Source: Cyanidioschyzon merolae
Lineage: Eukaryota
Length of the DNA: 64,000 nt
Strand: one strand, 5' to 3'
Assembly: GCA_000091205.1 (NCBI GenBank)
Contig: AP006501.2
Within the stretch, counting starts at the first letter, position 1. Every line of letters starts with the position of its first letter. Under the pieces are notes generated by a model. That model searched no databases. It had not been told where the DNA came from and worked only from the letters and a program-made list of their open reading frames with translations. A program made the translations under genes and the position numbers. Shown here in pieces: positions 1 through 10,425 of the stretch.

Positions 1-316
1 GCAACCATGCGCGCAAGCACTCTCTGCATCACGACTTTAATGCCTCGGGCGACATCCGGGACTGTCTGATGCATCGAGAGCATCCAGTGAGTATTACGTC
101 GAGCGAACCTTGCGGCAATCGTTTGGTACCCAGTGGGCGCATTCTGCTGCAATGCTGCGGATATCCGTCAAACAGAATACGAATCCATGGGAGAGCGGCA
201 TGTTTTGCCTTGGTGGATCACGGCACTGGTGTGGTGCTGCTCAGCAATGCGGAAAGCATTGAGCGCGGTACGGATACTCTGGGGACGATTTGCGTCCGCA
301 ATATCTGAAAGACAAT
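1..316. repeat. Direct repeat copy 1 (runs off the window start; partner at 4066-4381, ~96% identical)
   Basis: Nucleotide comparison by eye: gcaaccatgcgcgcaagcactctctgcatcacgacttta... recurs at 4066; identity stops after ...caataatgtttc. Confidence 0.85.
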
Positions 317-458
317 AATGTTTCAATACTCTAGAGTGTTGGGTGTATACGATGAAAAGGTGCTCAAACCGGTGCAGGCTTTCTTCATTTCTAGCGGATT
401 CGATCACAAGACGTTGCCACTCGTTGACATCTTTCAACATTCCGAGAACGTAATCCCA

Positions 459-1562
459 CTATGCTGCATGCACGATAGTGCGACATGGTGGCAAGTAGCC
501 TCTAATACGCAGTCGTTTCTTGCGCTCGCGAGGTCGTGCTAAATCAAGCATTCCTGGAGGCAGGTCAAGCACGGCAAGCTTCGTAAGCGATGGTGGCTGC
601 GTCTCTGCATCCGCGGCTCCTTCATGAGCAGCGATATCCATTTCCTGTACAAACGCTTCTAGAAAGGGAACCTCGAGACTCCGGTTGCCCTCGAAAAGAA
701 GCAGCTCCAGTGCGTCATGTGCACCGCCATGCTCATTTCGCAGGATCACACCCGCAACTCGTCCCAGGCAATGCTTAAACACCCACTCTCTGGTCCATAA
801 GAAATCCGCTTGCGCCTGAAGCTTTTCAAGAGTCTCTCGTAAGATAGCTGGTCGTCCAATCCACTCAGTTATAATATACTCATCGGCGCCCAGTGACTGC
901 GGTCGTTGCTCGCTTTCATGGACATAGAGACATGCACCGCGAAGTTGGCTTGCCGCATCACGATCTTCGACGCCGCGAACCCGAATAATCCATACGTTTG
1001 CTTGCGATGCCGGGCGACCATCCTGAACCCATACAGGTCGAGGATAGACCCGGTGTGCAAGTTTTATATAACGCTGTGCAGGTTCTTTGGGAAGCCGTTC
1101 CCTCGCAAAGTCAGTATTCAAACGAACCTTGCACTCACCGCGAACCCCGTGAGGCCCAGCAATGGTTCCAATCTCTATAAAACCGAAACGGGAAGGATCA
1201 TAGGCTGCTGCTGCTGCTGTCGCTTCCGATCCGATATCTGCAGCAGCAGCTGCAGTCCCGTCATCGAAGTCCAACTCGTTCGGGGTTCGCGAATGACGCC
1301 CATCGAGCGCGTCTGGATCGCTGTAAATCACCAGTGACACTAGTCTTCGACGTTGCATGGAGCTCAGGCACCTCTTCTGGTTCTCCGATTCCAACACCAC
1401 GGAACCAAATGTCAGTTTTCGGCGCTGTACAAGCTGAGTCAAGTCGCTCCGGCTCTGACACCCGATACGTCCCCCGCTTGAACAGAAGCCGTTGACGTGA
1501 CTCCAGCACACCAGCGTCCGCGCAAGTTTCCTGCTTACCAGCAAGCTATTCACGTCCCGCAT
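459..1562 (-). CDS. RimM-like 16S rRNA processing protein (PRC-barrel), probably organelle-targeted
   Basis: ORF of 367 aa; central region GTIAGPHGVRGECKV...VEDRDAASQLRGACLYV...EYIITEWIG resembles the RimM N-domain plus PRC barrel; the N-terminus looks like a transit peptide. Confidence 0.55.
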   Translation of the reverse strand: MRDVNSLLVSRKLARTLVCWSHVNGFCSSGGRIGCQSRSDLTQLVQRRKLTFGSVVLESENQKRCLSSMQRRRLVSLVIYSDPDALDGRHSRTPNELDFDDGTAAAAADIGSEATAAAAAYDPSRFGFIEIGTIAGPHGVRGECKVRLNTDFARERLPKEPAQRYIKLAHRVYPRPVWVQDGRPASQANVWIIRVRGVEDRDAASQLRGACLYVHESEQRPQSLGADEYIITEWIGRPAILRETLEKLQAQADFLWTREWVFKHCLGRVAGVILRNEHGGAHDALELLLFEGNRSLEVPFLEAFVQEMDIAAHEGAADAETQPPSLTKLAVLDLPPGMLDLARPRERKKRLRIRGYLPPCRTIVHAA

Positions 1563-1872
1563 GCAGTGTAGGTGCTAAGTCTAATGAGACCCGCCTGGTA
1601 TACGTTTGGGGCTCGCTTGTTCAGTGTTGCACCCAAACCGTTCAGAGAAACTGGGGCTACAGCGACTGGCGCTTCGCAGCAGCAATCTCGGCAAAGCGCC
1701 GCGATGGCGATACCCATCCGGGATGACTGTATACCGGTGGGTAGTGTACACGATCCTGGAACCCAAAACTTTCCTGCAGAGACGTTGCGGGTGTGCTCGA
1801 CTTCTCGCTTGACTGGCTCAGTGCCGAGGCCAGGGTCCACGCACTGCAGAAACGTCGCGGTTTCGAAGTATC

Positions 1873-2868
1873 ATGGTACCGGCGGGCACCCAGCAGGACT
1901 TTGCCGAGCAGGAAAACGTTTTGGTATACCACGGGCCCCTACTCTACGAGGCAAAAGTGCTTGAGGCCCTGGAGAGCCGTACAGAACCTGGAGCTCGTTG
2001 CTACTTGGTTCACTTCATCGGGTGGAATCGCTGCTACGACACCGTCGTCTCTCGAGAGGCAGTGCTTCCACGGACGTCAGCCAATCTGGAACTTGCTGAA
2101 CAACTTTATGTGGACTTTGTGGAAAAGCGCGGACCTGCTGCCACTGCTGCTGTTGAAGCAGCATCGCATACAACGCAGCGAATAGAGCGTGTCGCTCAGG
2201 GTAATACCGAAGCACCCCTGAGCGCGTCTACGACAGGATGTGAGTCGGCTATCTCCGCTGCTCATGTGCGTAACGATGAAGTTGTTATCGATGGTGAAGA
2301 TGATGTTGACGAGCACGTCGCCATCTATAACTGCCGGGGGCTGCGATCGATCCTAGAACACGTGGACCCAGACGATCCCCTGAGATGGTTCGAGTTGCCA
2401 ACGGTGCTGAAACGTACCGTTCTTGACGATTTCGAATACGTTTCCGAAAGTGGACGACTCTATCCTTTGCCAGCCCAAGTGACTGTGGCAGCCATCCTGC
2501 ACGCTTGGGTACGACATCGAAAGAGGACCCAGGATACGGATGCTGGTCAGATCCGAGCTCTTGCAGAGAGTCTCCAGCGCTATTTCAATGAGGCGCTGAG
2601 CAGCATGTTACTCTATGAGGATGAGCGACCGCAGTACGCAATGGTGACGACGTCGCATCCGGGAAAGCGTGCGAGTGAGATCTACGGTGGAGAGCATCTT
2701 CTTCGACTTATGGTGAAGCTGCCGTGGTTCCTCGAACAGTTGCCGATCACCAGAGACGAGGTTCGTCAGTTTGCACGCCTTTTCCAGGACCTCTGTCGCT
2801 TTTTGTTGCGCAATCATTACAGATTCTTTTCCGTTGTCGATGGAAGCGCCCTGGAGGAAAGCAGGTGA
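1873..2868 (+). CDS. MRG/chromodomain protein (MRG15/Eaf3 family)
   Basis: N-terminus VLVYHGPLLYEAKVL...YLVHFIGWN matches the MRG15 chromo barrel; C-terminal MRG domain. Confidence 0.8.
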   Translation: MVPAGTQQDFAEQENVLVYHGPLLYEAKVLEALESRTEPGARCYLVHFIGWNRCYDTVVSREAVLPRTSANLELAEQLYVDFVEKRGPAATAAVEAASHTTQRIERVAQGNTEAPLSASTTGCESAISAAHVRNDEVVIDGEDDVDEHVAIYNCRGLRSILEHVDPDDPLRWFELPTVLKRTVLDDFEYVSESGRLYPLPAQVTVAAILHAWVRHRKRTQDTDAGQIRALAESLQRYFNEALSSMLLYEDERPQYAMVTTSHPGKRASEIYGGEHLLRLMVKLPWFLEQLPITRDEVRQFARLFQDLCRFLLRNHYRFFSVVDGSALEESR

Positions 2869-4065
2869 AGTTGATTTCGTTCCGATGATGCCCGACGAGG
2901 CAGCATCGGAATCGAAGAGATCAATATGGCTGCAGCACGTGCGCTCTTCCATGCTTGGTGGCCGCATCCAGGGCAAATGCACTTCATGGAATGCAGTAGC
3001 AGCGAATAATACATCATAAAATAGGGGATACAGTATCTTTCATGCTTGACGGGGCACGGTATGCTAAAGTCTCGATTGCAGAATGTTTTCTATTCGACAG
3101 ACGTGCACCGTCAGAGAGATACCCTGAGCAAGCTCACAGTCCGCACCACCTGATCCCTTGGCCTGACTATAGTAGCCATCAGAGATGGTCGGGCAACTTT
3201 GTGATTGTTTGACTCGGAATAATGAATTCTGAAACACCTGCATCAGCACGCCCTGTTTGTTTTTTCTACGGGTATTCAAGAGGAGTGTATCTTGCACACC
3301 GGAGAAAGGTCGCCGAACGACCTTATGTCGTCACTGCTTCCTCATGAGAAAGCCCGCTTTACTAGTGCACGGCAGACATTCTCCGGACAGCCTCGCTTCA
3401 CACACGAACAAGGCTCTCTGCAAAAAGAAGCCCTTTACAGCAATGCAGACCCGTCCCGGACTCCGAGCGCCCTCGCGCCCCCATCACTGGCATCGGGGTA
3501 CGACGGGCACCAGGCGGCACACCGGCATGTAGAGTGACGGTGCAAGGACCGTTCTCACCGGCCTGCGTAGCGTATCCAGCAGAGGCGCACGCCTTCTCGG
3601 CTTTATTCAGAGGTCGTCCGTGAGCGTCCAGACGTCTCATGCGGACGCTCTTCGGCATGTATGCATGAGACTGCGCTGGGCGGTCGCCAATGGTTTCGGT
3701 TGTACGCAGACAAGACGGGTGCGTTCCCCAAACGGCTCAGTGACGTGGGAAAGGAAACGACTGAGCAGTCGCGTCGTCCGGTGGGGAGCCCCATCGAGCG
3801 GCACCCGACGCGGCGCACGAGGCCTGTGATCCCGCTTCATCGACCGGAGCTTCCCGCGGGAGCAAGCATCGACGCTGCACTGTGCCCATCGATGCGTTCA
3901 GGGCGTTATGCAAGCGGCACCAGCACGGGCACACGCTGAGGCGGGCACAGAAGAAGAGCGCGAAACATGCGCGCTCGGATGCACCGGATGGTAAGCGATA
4001 AGCAGCGTGCACGTCAGACGCAGAGCCAATCGCAAGTAAGCGGCTCGATATCGCGTGATCCAGCA

Positions 4066-4381
4066 AGCAACCATGCGCGCAAGCACTCTCTGCATCACGA
4101 CTTTAATGCCTCGAGCGACATCCGCGAATGTCCGGTACTTCCAGAGCATCCAGTGAGTATTACGTCGAGCGAACCTTGCGGCAATCGTTTGGTACCCAGT
4201 GGGCGCATTCTGCTGCAATGCTGCGGACATCCGCCAAACAGAATACGAATCCATGGGAGAGCGGCATGTTTTGCCTTGGCGGATCACGGCACTGGTGTGG
4301 TGCTGCTCAGCAATGCGGAAAGCATTGAGCGCGGTACGGATACTCTGGGGACGATTTGCGTTGGCAATATCTGAAAGACAA
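4066..4381. repeat. Direct repeat copy 2 (partner of 1-316)
   Basis: ~96% identity to window positions 1-316; diverges after ...gacaataatgtttc. Confidence 0.85.
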
Positions 4382-5363
4382 TAATGTTTCCATGTTCGGT
4401 GTTTCTGCTTGTATACAGGTCACGTCTTTTTCTTTGTTCGCGATTCGCCCAGTATTCATGCGGTATGCCAATGAAAGCAACTGGATCATCGAGTCAGGTA
4501 CTCGCGGAAGCCGGTCCAAGAAAACAGAGACGAGCTGTTCTTCGACATGAACAAGGCTAGGATCTATCACGTCGCTCTGTATGCTCCTACCTGTGCTCTG
4601 CTTGATGACGACACGAATACTGCCAAACATGGTATTCGAATGTTGCTCAACCTGCTAATTGCACTGGAAGTACGCGAACGTTCCCAACAAACCACATGAT
4701 GCCCTGAGGTTTAGCTTGTATATGTTGAACATGATATTTAAGTCGCATTGCTCAGCGTGTTTCGCAAAGATTTGGTGCGCTTTTGTCCGAATCGGCTGAA
4801 GGATCACGTCCCCGAAAACGTCACGAGTGAAAACTCGGTACGGAGGCACGCCCATGCTCGCGCACGGTACGGAGAAGGCGGGGCTCCCGACGCGTGGCGC
4901 CCTCAGGAGCTGCACAGTAGGCTGGCGTCAGTGGAACCTCCTGTTTCGGGCGCAGTCGTCATCGACGTCACCCTCGGTGATATAGCGTATCACTGATGAC
5001 GGCACTAGCTATCTTTGGGGTCGATACGGGCACGAGTGCAGAGCTGGAATCATCAAGACGCCCTTCAACCAGCGCGAAACGATCCCAGCATTCTATCTGT
5101 TGGAGCGCTCCACGCCCAGGGCCAACTGCATCCGGCACGCGCGCCGCTACGCCTACATTGCTAGTGTCCACGAATGCATAGTGCCGCGCTTACCAAGCGA
5201 TGCCTTCATCCAAGCAGAGTATTTATTGGAGTCAATGGTGCCATGAGTCCCTGTCGCGTTTGTACTGTAGTGCTGACACCCCAGATTATCAGTACTCTCG
5301 TAGGTGCTGCTCGACCAGCATCCATGGATGAACAGTGACGCACGAACCAAGTACCGTCTTGAT

Positions 5364-6950
5364 TTAAGCAGAGTATGCATTGGACGTGGTGGTGCCCCCA
5401 GTTCCCGTCCAGTTGGTATGGAAGTACTGATTCTCCGGCTTATCAATTCTCTCGTAAGTGTGCGCACCGAAATAGTCCCGCTGTGCTTGCAACAAGCTCG
5501 CCGGCAGGGTTTCCGCTCGGTATCCATCGTAAAATGCGAGCGCAGTGCTTATTGCCGGACACGTGATGCCGCGACTCACAGCAAACACCACAGCGTCGCG
5601 CCAGCTCTGCTGCGCAGCAAGTAGGGCATCGCGAAAGAAGCGATACAATAGCAAATTTTCCAAATTCGGCTCATCTTGGTAAGCTTCACGAATTTTGCCC
5701 AAAAAGCGACTGCGAATGATGCAACCCCCTCGCCACATGAGGGCAATGCCTCCATAGTTGAGATTCCAGTCTTCGGCTGCGGCGGCCTCTTTCATCAGCA
5801 TATAACCTTGGGCGTAGGAAACGATTTTGCTCGCGTAGAGCGCGAGCCGCAGCTTCTCGATCATGTTCTGGCGATCCTGCTCATTCAGGGGCGGCTGCGC
5901 CGGCGGCCCCTGCAGCACCTTGCTTGCCCGCACGCGTTCTGCCTTACGAGAGGAGAGCATCCGCGAGAATACAGCTTCCGCAATTAGTGTCACAGGAACG
6001 CTGTGCTCCAGGGACGACTCGACTGTCCATCGACCGGTGCCTTTCTGCTCTGCCTTGTCGAGTATAAGCGATACCAGCGGCTTACCGGTTTCATCGTCCT
6101 TGTACTTGAGGATGTTGGCCGTTATCTCGATCAGATACGAACATAGCTCCGTTTCATTCCATGCGGCGAAAATGTCTCCGCACTCCTCGACACTGAGGCC
6201 GAGACCCCGCCGCATGACATCATATACTTCGCTGATCAACTGCATATCGCCGTATTCGATGCCGTTATGGACCATCTTAACAAAGTGACCAGCGCCGCCA
6301 GAGCCGACCCAGTCACAGCATGGCTCGCCATCCGCTCTGGCCGCTATCGCCTGGAGCACCGGGCGCAAGAGCGGCCAGGCCGCTTCCGTTCCGCCAGGCA
6401 TGAGTGACGGACCATAGCGAGCGCCCTCTTCGCCGCCCGATACACCACACCCCACAAATAGCAGCCCGTGTTCGGCGCAGTGCTTCATCCGCCGGGTGCT
6501 ATCCTGGTAGTATGAGTTGCCACCGTCAACGATGACGTCGCCGGGATCCAAGTGTGGCTGGAGCTTCTCGATAAAGTCGTCGACAGCGGGACCTGCTCTG
6601 ACAAGCAAGATCACCTTGCGGGGCTTCTTAATGAGTGCACAAAACTCTTGTATCGTTCGGGCACCAAAAATCGTTTCTCGGTCCTTCGCAACGGTTTCCA
6701 GAAACTCTTGAACCTTGGACACCGTGCGATTGAAAACGGCCACTTTGAACCCGTGATCTGCCATGTTCAGAACAAGGTTCTGACCCATCACAGCAAGACC
6801 GATAAGACCTACATCAGCAACGGCCTGATTAGGGTGATCACTGTCCAACGCTTTGTTCATGGCTTGATCGTCACCAGTTGCTACCAGTACGCACTGTTGT
6901 TCGCCAAACGATCGAGAGGCGACGTCGATGAGCGCGTCAGCATCTGGCAA
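5364..6950 (-). CDS. PGD: 6-phosphogluconate dehydrogenase (decarboxylating)
   Basis: ADVGLIGLAVMGQNLVLN, GGNSYY and a full-length match to the 6PGDH family; the true start is probably an internal Met near 6860. Confidence 0.9.
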   Translation of the reverse strand: MPDADALIDVASRSFGEQQCVLVATGDDQAMNKALDSDHPNQAVADVGLIGLAVMGQNLVLNMADHGFKVAVFNRTVSKVQEFLETVAKDRETIFGARTIQEFCALIKKPRKVILLVRAGPAVDDFIEKLQPHLDPGDVIVDGGNSYYQDSTRRMKHCAEHGLLFVGCGVSGGEEGARYGPSLMPGGTEAAWPLLRPVLQAIAARADGEPCCDWVGSGGAGHFVKMVHNGIEYGDMQLISEVYDVMRRGLGLSVEECGDIFAAWNETELCSYLIEITANILKYKDDETGKPLVSLILDKAEQKGTGRWTVESSLEHSVPVTLIAEAVFSRMLSSRKAERVRASKVLQGPPAQPPLNEQDRQNMIEKLRLALYASKIVSYAQGYMLMKEAAAAEDWNLNYGGIALMWRGGCIIRSRFLGKIREAYQDEPNLENLLLYRFFRDALLAAQQSWRDAVVFAVSRGITCPAISTALAFYDGYRAETLPASLLQAQRDYFGAHTYERIDKPENQYFHTNWTGTGGTTTSNAYSA

Positions 6951-8649
6951 TCGCGCCGACGCGCTCGAGTCGGTGACTTTTTTCGCTCACCAAACGTTTA
7001 TGTTGTACCTGGATCCCTTATCGCGGGACGAGAACTGGCTATCGGGAAAGCGCCCATCGTGATACGCCTCACCCTCAAGTTCCATTCCTTACAATTCCTT
7101 TCGGATGTACTGGTCGTTTCATGGGTTGTATCGAGCATCGAGTGCCCGTCGTGCTGCATCCACCTTGGCGCCTAGACAGCTGGTGCAGATGCACCTTAGA
7201 GACAGAACGGCTTTGCTGTACCACTGGGGGCTTCGGCTCGAGATGTGGTGCACCTGACACGGATTCGGAGTCCATCATCATGCTGGGGGCCTGGAAACTG
7301 CGCTGAAAGAGCTACCGTCTGCGGCAGCTCGAAGCGACATGCCGGGAGTCCACTGCGACCAGGGCGACGCCCAGACGCAGCCTAACTGCTGCTCCTAGTC
7401 CCAGAGTCGACTGCGTTGCGGACGAGGTGTTCAGGTCGCACCACTGCACTAGGCACAGGTAAGGGCGTGAAGCACTAGTCTTGCAGACTCGTTCGGATTG
7501 CGGGCCGTTTCGCCCTGAAGGCAAACTTTCGGAAGTATGGAAACCTTTTCGCCCTTTTAACGGCTACCGTGGAATGGGACAGGAATCGTTACATCGTTTC
7601 TCGTGAATCGTTCGTCTCTTTCCTTTTTTTCTCCGAATAGCGCGGTCGATAAGCACACCTGCGAGATCACGCAGTCACGAGAGACGACGCGCATGTCGCC
7701 GATGAAGGGAAACGCGTTTCTAACTATGCTCTGACCTATTGCCCTACCGTACATGTTGTATTCGAATTACAGGCGTAGCGGAGTACAGTTTTTTGAGTTC
7801 AATCGCGTTTGAAACGTCAAGTAAGCATATTCAAGTGATGCTGTGCGGTGTATAGGAGAAGCGTTCAATGTGCGTTCTTTCGCAGAAAAAATTCTAAAAA
7901 AAGGAAAGTTATGAGAAAGCAAGTCGACGATCGCGGAGGCGCAGTGTCGCCGGCTGCCAGAAAAAGAACGAAAAACGGTGCCGAGCCCAGGAGCACAGGC
8001 AAAGACGATGAAGCAGAAGCGGGAGGCCCTACGTCAAAGGCCGCGGGAAAGACAACAGTACGACGAGACGGTGGTGAAAGCGTACCTTCGTAAACATATC
8101 AAGGATGCCTACAAGGAAAAGTTGCGAGAGGCCATCAGAAACCGTGTCGAGTCGTACTCCACGAGTACGAAGAAGGCTTCGTCAGGACTGATGCATATGG
8201 TGAACGAGATGCACGACAACGCGACGGACACCAGAACAGTCGAGGTTCCGGGGGAATTTTTCAACAAGACCTTTGCTCGTCACCTGATGGTCGGCACAGG
8301 GGAGCCGTCGACAAACAATGAGCGAGTGCACGCCTTCCACGAAAACTTCGCGGGATTCGGCTTCGAAGGTGCATCGATACAAGGGTTACGGGGATATTCA
8401 CATCTACGGGCCGATCGAGTACCTCGCGAACCTGAGGAACCATTTGACCATGAACCTCGAACGTTTCATGATACGCGCCGTGTTTGCGCTCTACCGGGGC
8501 ATCTCTCGCGGGGAAGAGATGGGCCATCTTCGCTGCCATCACCAACGATCGTCAGCATGAACAGGCAATAGAATTTGTCGACAAGATGACATCACGCAGG
8601 AGCATGAATGAAGCATATGTGATCGGTGCAGCTATTCAAGAGCGTCGTG

Positions 8650-8777
8650 GTAACACGGAGGTAGGGGGTTGGATAGATACTTCACCTCGCACTGAAAAAA
8701 TATCACAAAAAGTAAGAAAAGTAAAATGCGCATAATCGGAGAACGCTGGCCCAAGTAAACGTTTTGTCCATGGAAAA
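8650..8777 (-). mobile_element. ~130-bp MITE-like repeat, here called R2, nested inside copy A
   Basis: Absent from the orthologous position in copy B. Flanked by 12-bp direct repeats aagagcgtcgtg (8638-8649) and aagagcatcgtg (8778-8789). Homologous to 20355-20469 and 39066-39250. Confidence 0.7.
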
Positions 8778-9271
8778 AAGAGCATCGTGAAGTCTTGGGG
8801 CTGGCCAACCCGACAGAAGACGTGTCAGATATGAAAAAAGTGAGAAAAGATGGTACCCCCGCATCCTGCGCTACTTCGTGTTTCTGGACCGAGAACTCGA
8901 ACGCAAGGCGGAGATGGTGCTGGGTGTGTGGAAAAATGAAGAGTCGCGGAGACGGAACGCTTTCCCAATGGGGAAGTGCTTCAACGTGGTTCCAATGAGC
9001 AACATCAAGTCACATTTTGTGACTATCGACCAAGGCGTCCACTACGGCAACATGAGTGAGATCAGTCCGGTGTTCGGTGTCAGCAGGGAGGAGTTCACCG
9101 GTGAAAATCGGGAGACGTACCGGAAGAGTCTCTTCGGTTTCAAACGTCTCAAAGTGAGCAAGCAGAAGGTATTCACGGGGATGATCGGAACCGATGGCGT
9201 AGCCACGTGTGTACGCTATCGGAGGTTTGAAGGCGGATTGTCCAGTTCGGCCTTCGATATCGCCCGTAACG

Positions 9272-9421
9272 AAGCATGAAGAAAACAGGGAGGAGGATCC
9301 TGCCACACAGAAAGTGCAGGATAACGACTTTGTCGTTGACGCGACGAAGCGTGAAGATGAGATGGAGGCGGGTCCTGCTACGCAGAAAGTGCAGGATAAC
9401 GACTTTGTCGTTAGTGCGGAT
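9272..9421 (+). repeat. Tandem 66-nt repeat (two units) encoding an acidic [19 protein letters not shown] motif immediately N-terminal of RuvC-I
   Basis: [20 protein letters not shown] / [18 protein letters not shown] in A; four units at the same place in copy B. Confidence 0.7.
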
Positions 9422-10425
9422 CCCGGGAACACAAATATCATAACCATCGCAGTACCCAAGCGTGCGGAAGATGGTATCAACGGCAACCTACGTCAGACGG
9501 CCCTGCGAGTTTTGAGGTTCTCGAGAGCGGGATGCTATCGAGAATCCGGTATGATCAATGTGAGGAAGAAAATTGAGACACGGAATGCAGGAATGAAGGA
9601 TCTCCTGGAAGCTTTGCGCGGAGTAACGAGCAGAGGAGCAGGCTTTGAAGCTTTTCCGATATTCATGGAAGGTCGCGTTGCTCATTGGGATGCGCTGCTG
9701 GAGGAGTATACAAAGCCCCGGTGGGCTCGTCTGCGTATGAATCTGTACGGTGGTAAGCAGCGGGCATTCGCCAAATTTTTCAGTCAGTTGAGTGCCTTGA
9801 AGGAGGACGAGAGCCAGAGGCTGGTAGTGGCATACGGAGCAGGGCGTCCACAAAAGGGTGCACACCAGCTCCGTCGACGAGAACGTACAAAGCGTGTGCA
9901 CGGCGCTTTGTAATGATACCGATTGATGAGCTCCGAACGTCCTATACACACCACGAACTGGGGTACACACTTGAGACGGTCGACATGGAAAAGTGCCAGC
10001 GGAGTCCTGAAGATATGAAAAAGTATGGAGCGCTAACGGAGGAGCAAATGGACAGGAGGGCGAAAGTTCGTGGACTACTCGCATTAGTAAGTACAATCAA
10101 TGGCAAGAAACGCATGGAAATTGTTAACCGCGACTTTAACGCGGCTACCAATATAAGGAGGTGCGCGGTGATGGAGAGAAGACCTCCGTACTTGACAAGA
10201 GGGAATTTCGTAGGGAAACCTCTCGAGGTGGAATTATACGAGAAAAAGTTGAAACCGGTAGTAGGTGGCCGGTCCAAAAAGAATGTGAGGCATCTGCACG
10301 TCGACTGGAGGCGCATTGTCGAAAGCGCGCCGCGCTCCCGTTAAGCGCCAGTGCGCAGAAGAATTTCCTTCGGTTTCGAGGTATATTGAGAAGGGTCGCG
10401 TTCGTTCTGTGTAGAAAGCTGGACT

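Larger units (their letters stand above)
7755..10320 (+). mobile_element. Copy A of a TnpB/Fanzor-like RuvC nuclease element, ~2.6 kb, frameshifted (pseudogene)
   Basis: Conceptual protein spread over ORFs 7848-8093, 7978-8571, 8318-8560, 8484-8735, 8795-8998, 8878-9279, 9209-9913 and 9913-10344. Ruv[20 protein letters not shown] (Asp codon 9419-9421). RuvC-III EIVNRDFNAATNIRRC (Asp codon 10132-10134). TSQ-like IPIDELRTSYTHHELG. Ends defined by where homology to copy B stops. Confidence 0.8.

Noticed and set aside
1-4381. LTR retrotransposon (the two 316-bp direct repeats as LTRs)
   Set aside because: The interior encodes host genes (a RimM-like protein and an MRG chromodomain protein). There is no gag, protease, RT or integrase ORF and no PBS/PPT adjacent to the repeats.
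4375-4400. Shared terminal motif (aatgtttccatg) linking the 1/4066 direct repeat to the 19558/24578 inverted repeat
   Set aside because: Only ~17 of 19 nt match, and copy 1 of the direct repeat lacks it. It is probably coincidental, and I mention it only as a lead.
7755-10320. Bacterial IS200/IS605 insertion or contamination
   Set aside because: No tnpA (Y1 HUH) ORF is present. The element occurs eight times, interleaved with clearly eukaryotic nuclear genes. Its GC content matches the host.
7848-10344. Frame breaks in the Fanzor-like copies as spliceosomal introns
   Set aside because: Break positions differ between copies A and B, with only one shared. Host genes in the window are essentially intron-less. 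Independent pseudogene decay is more parsimonious.
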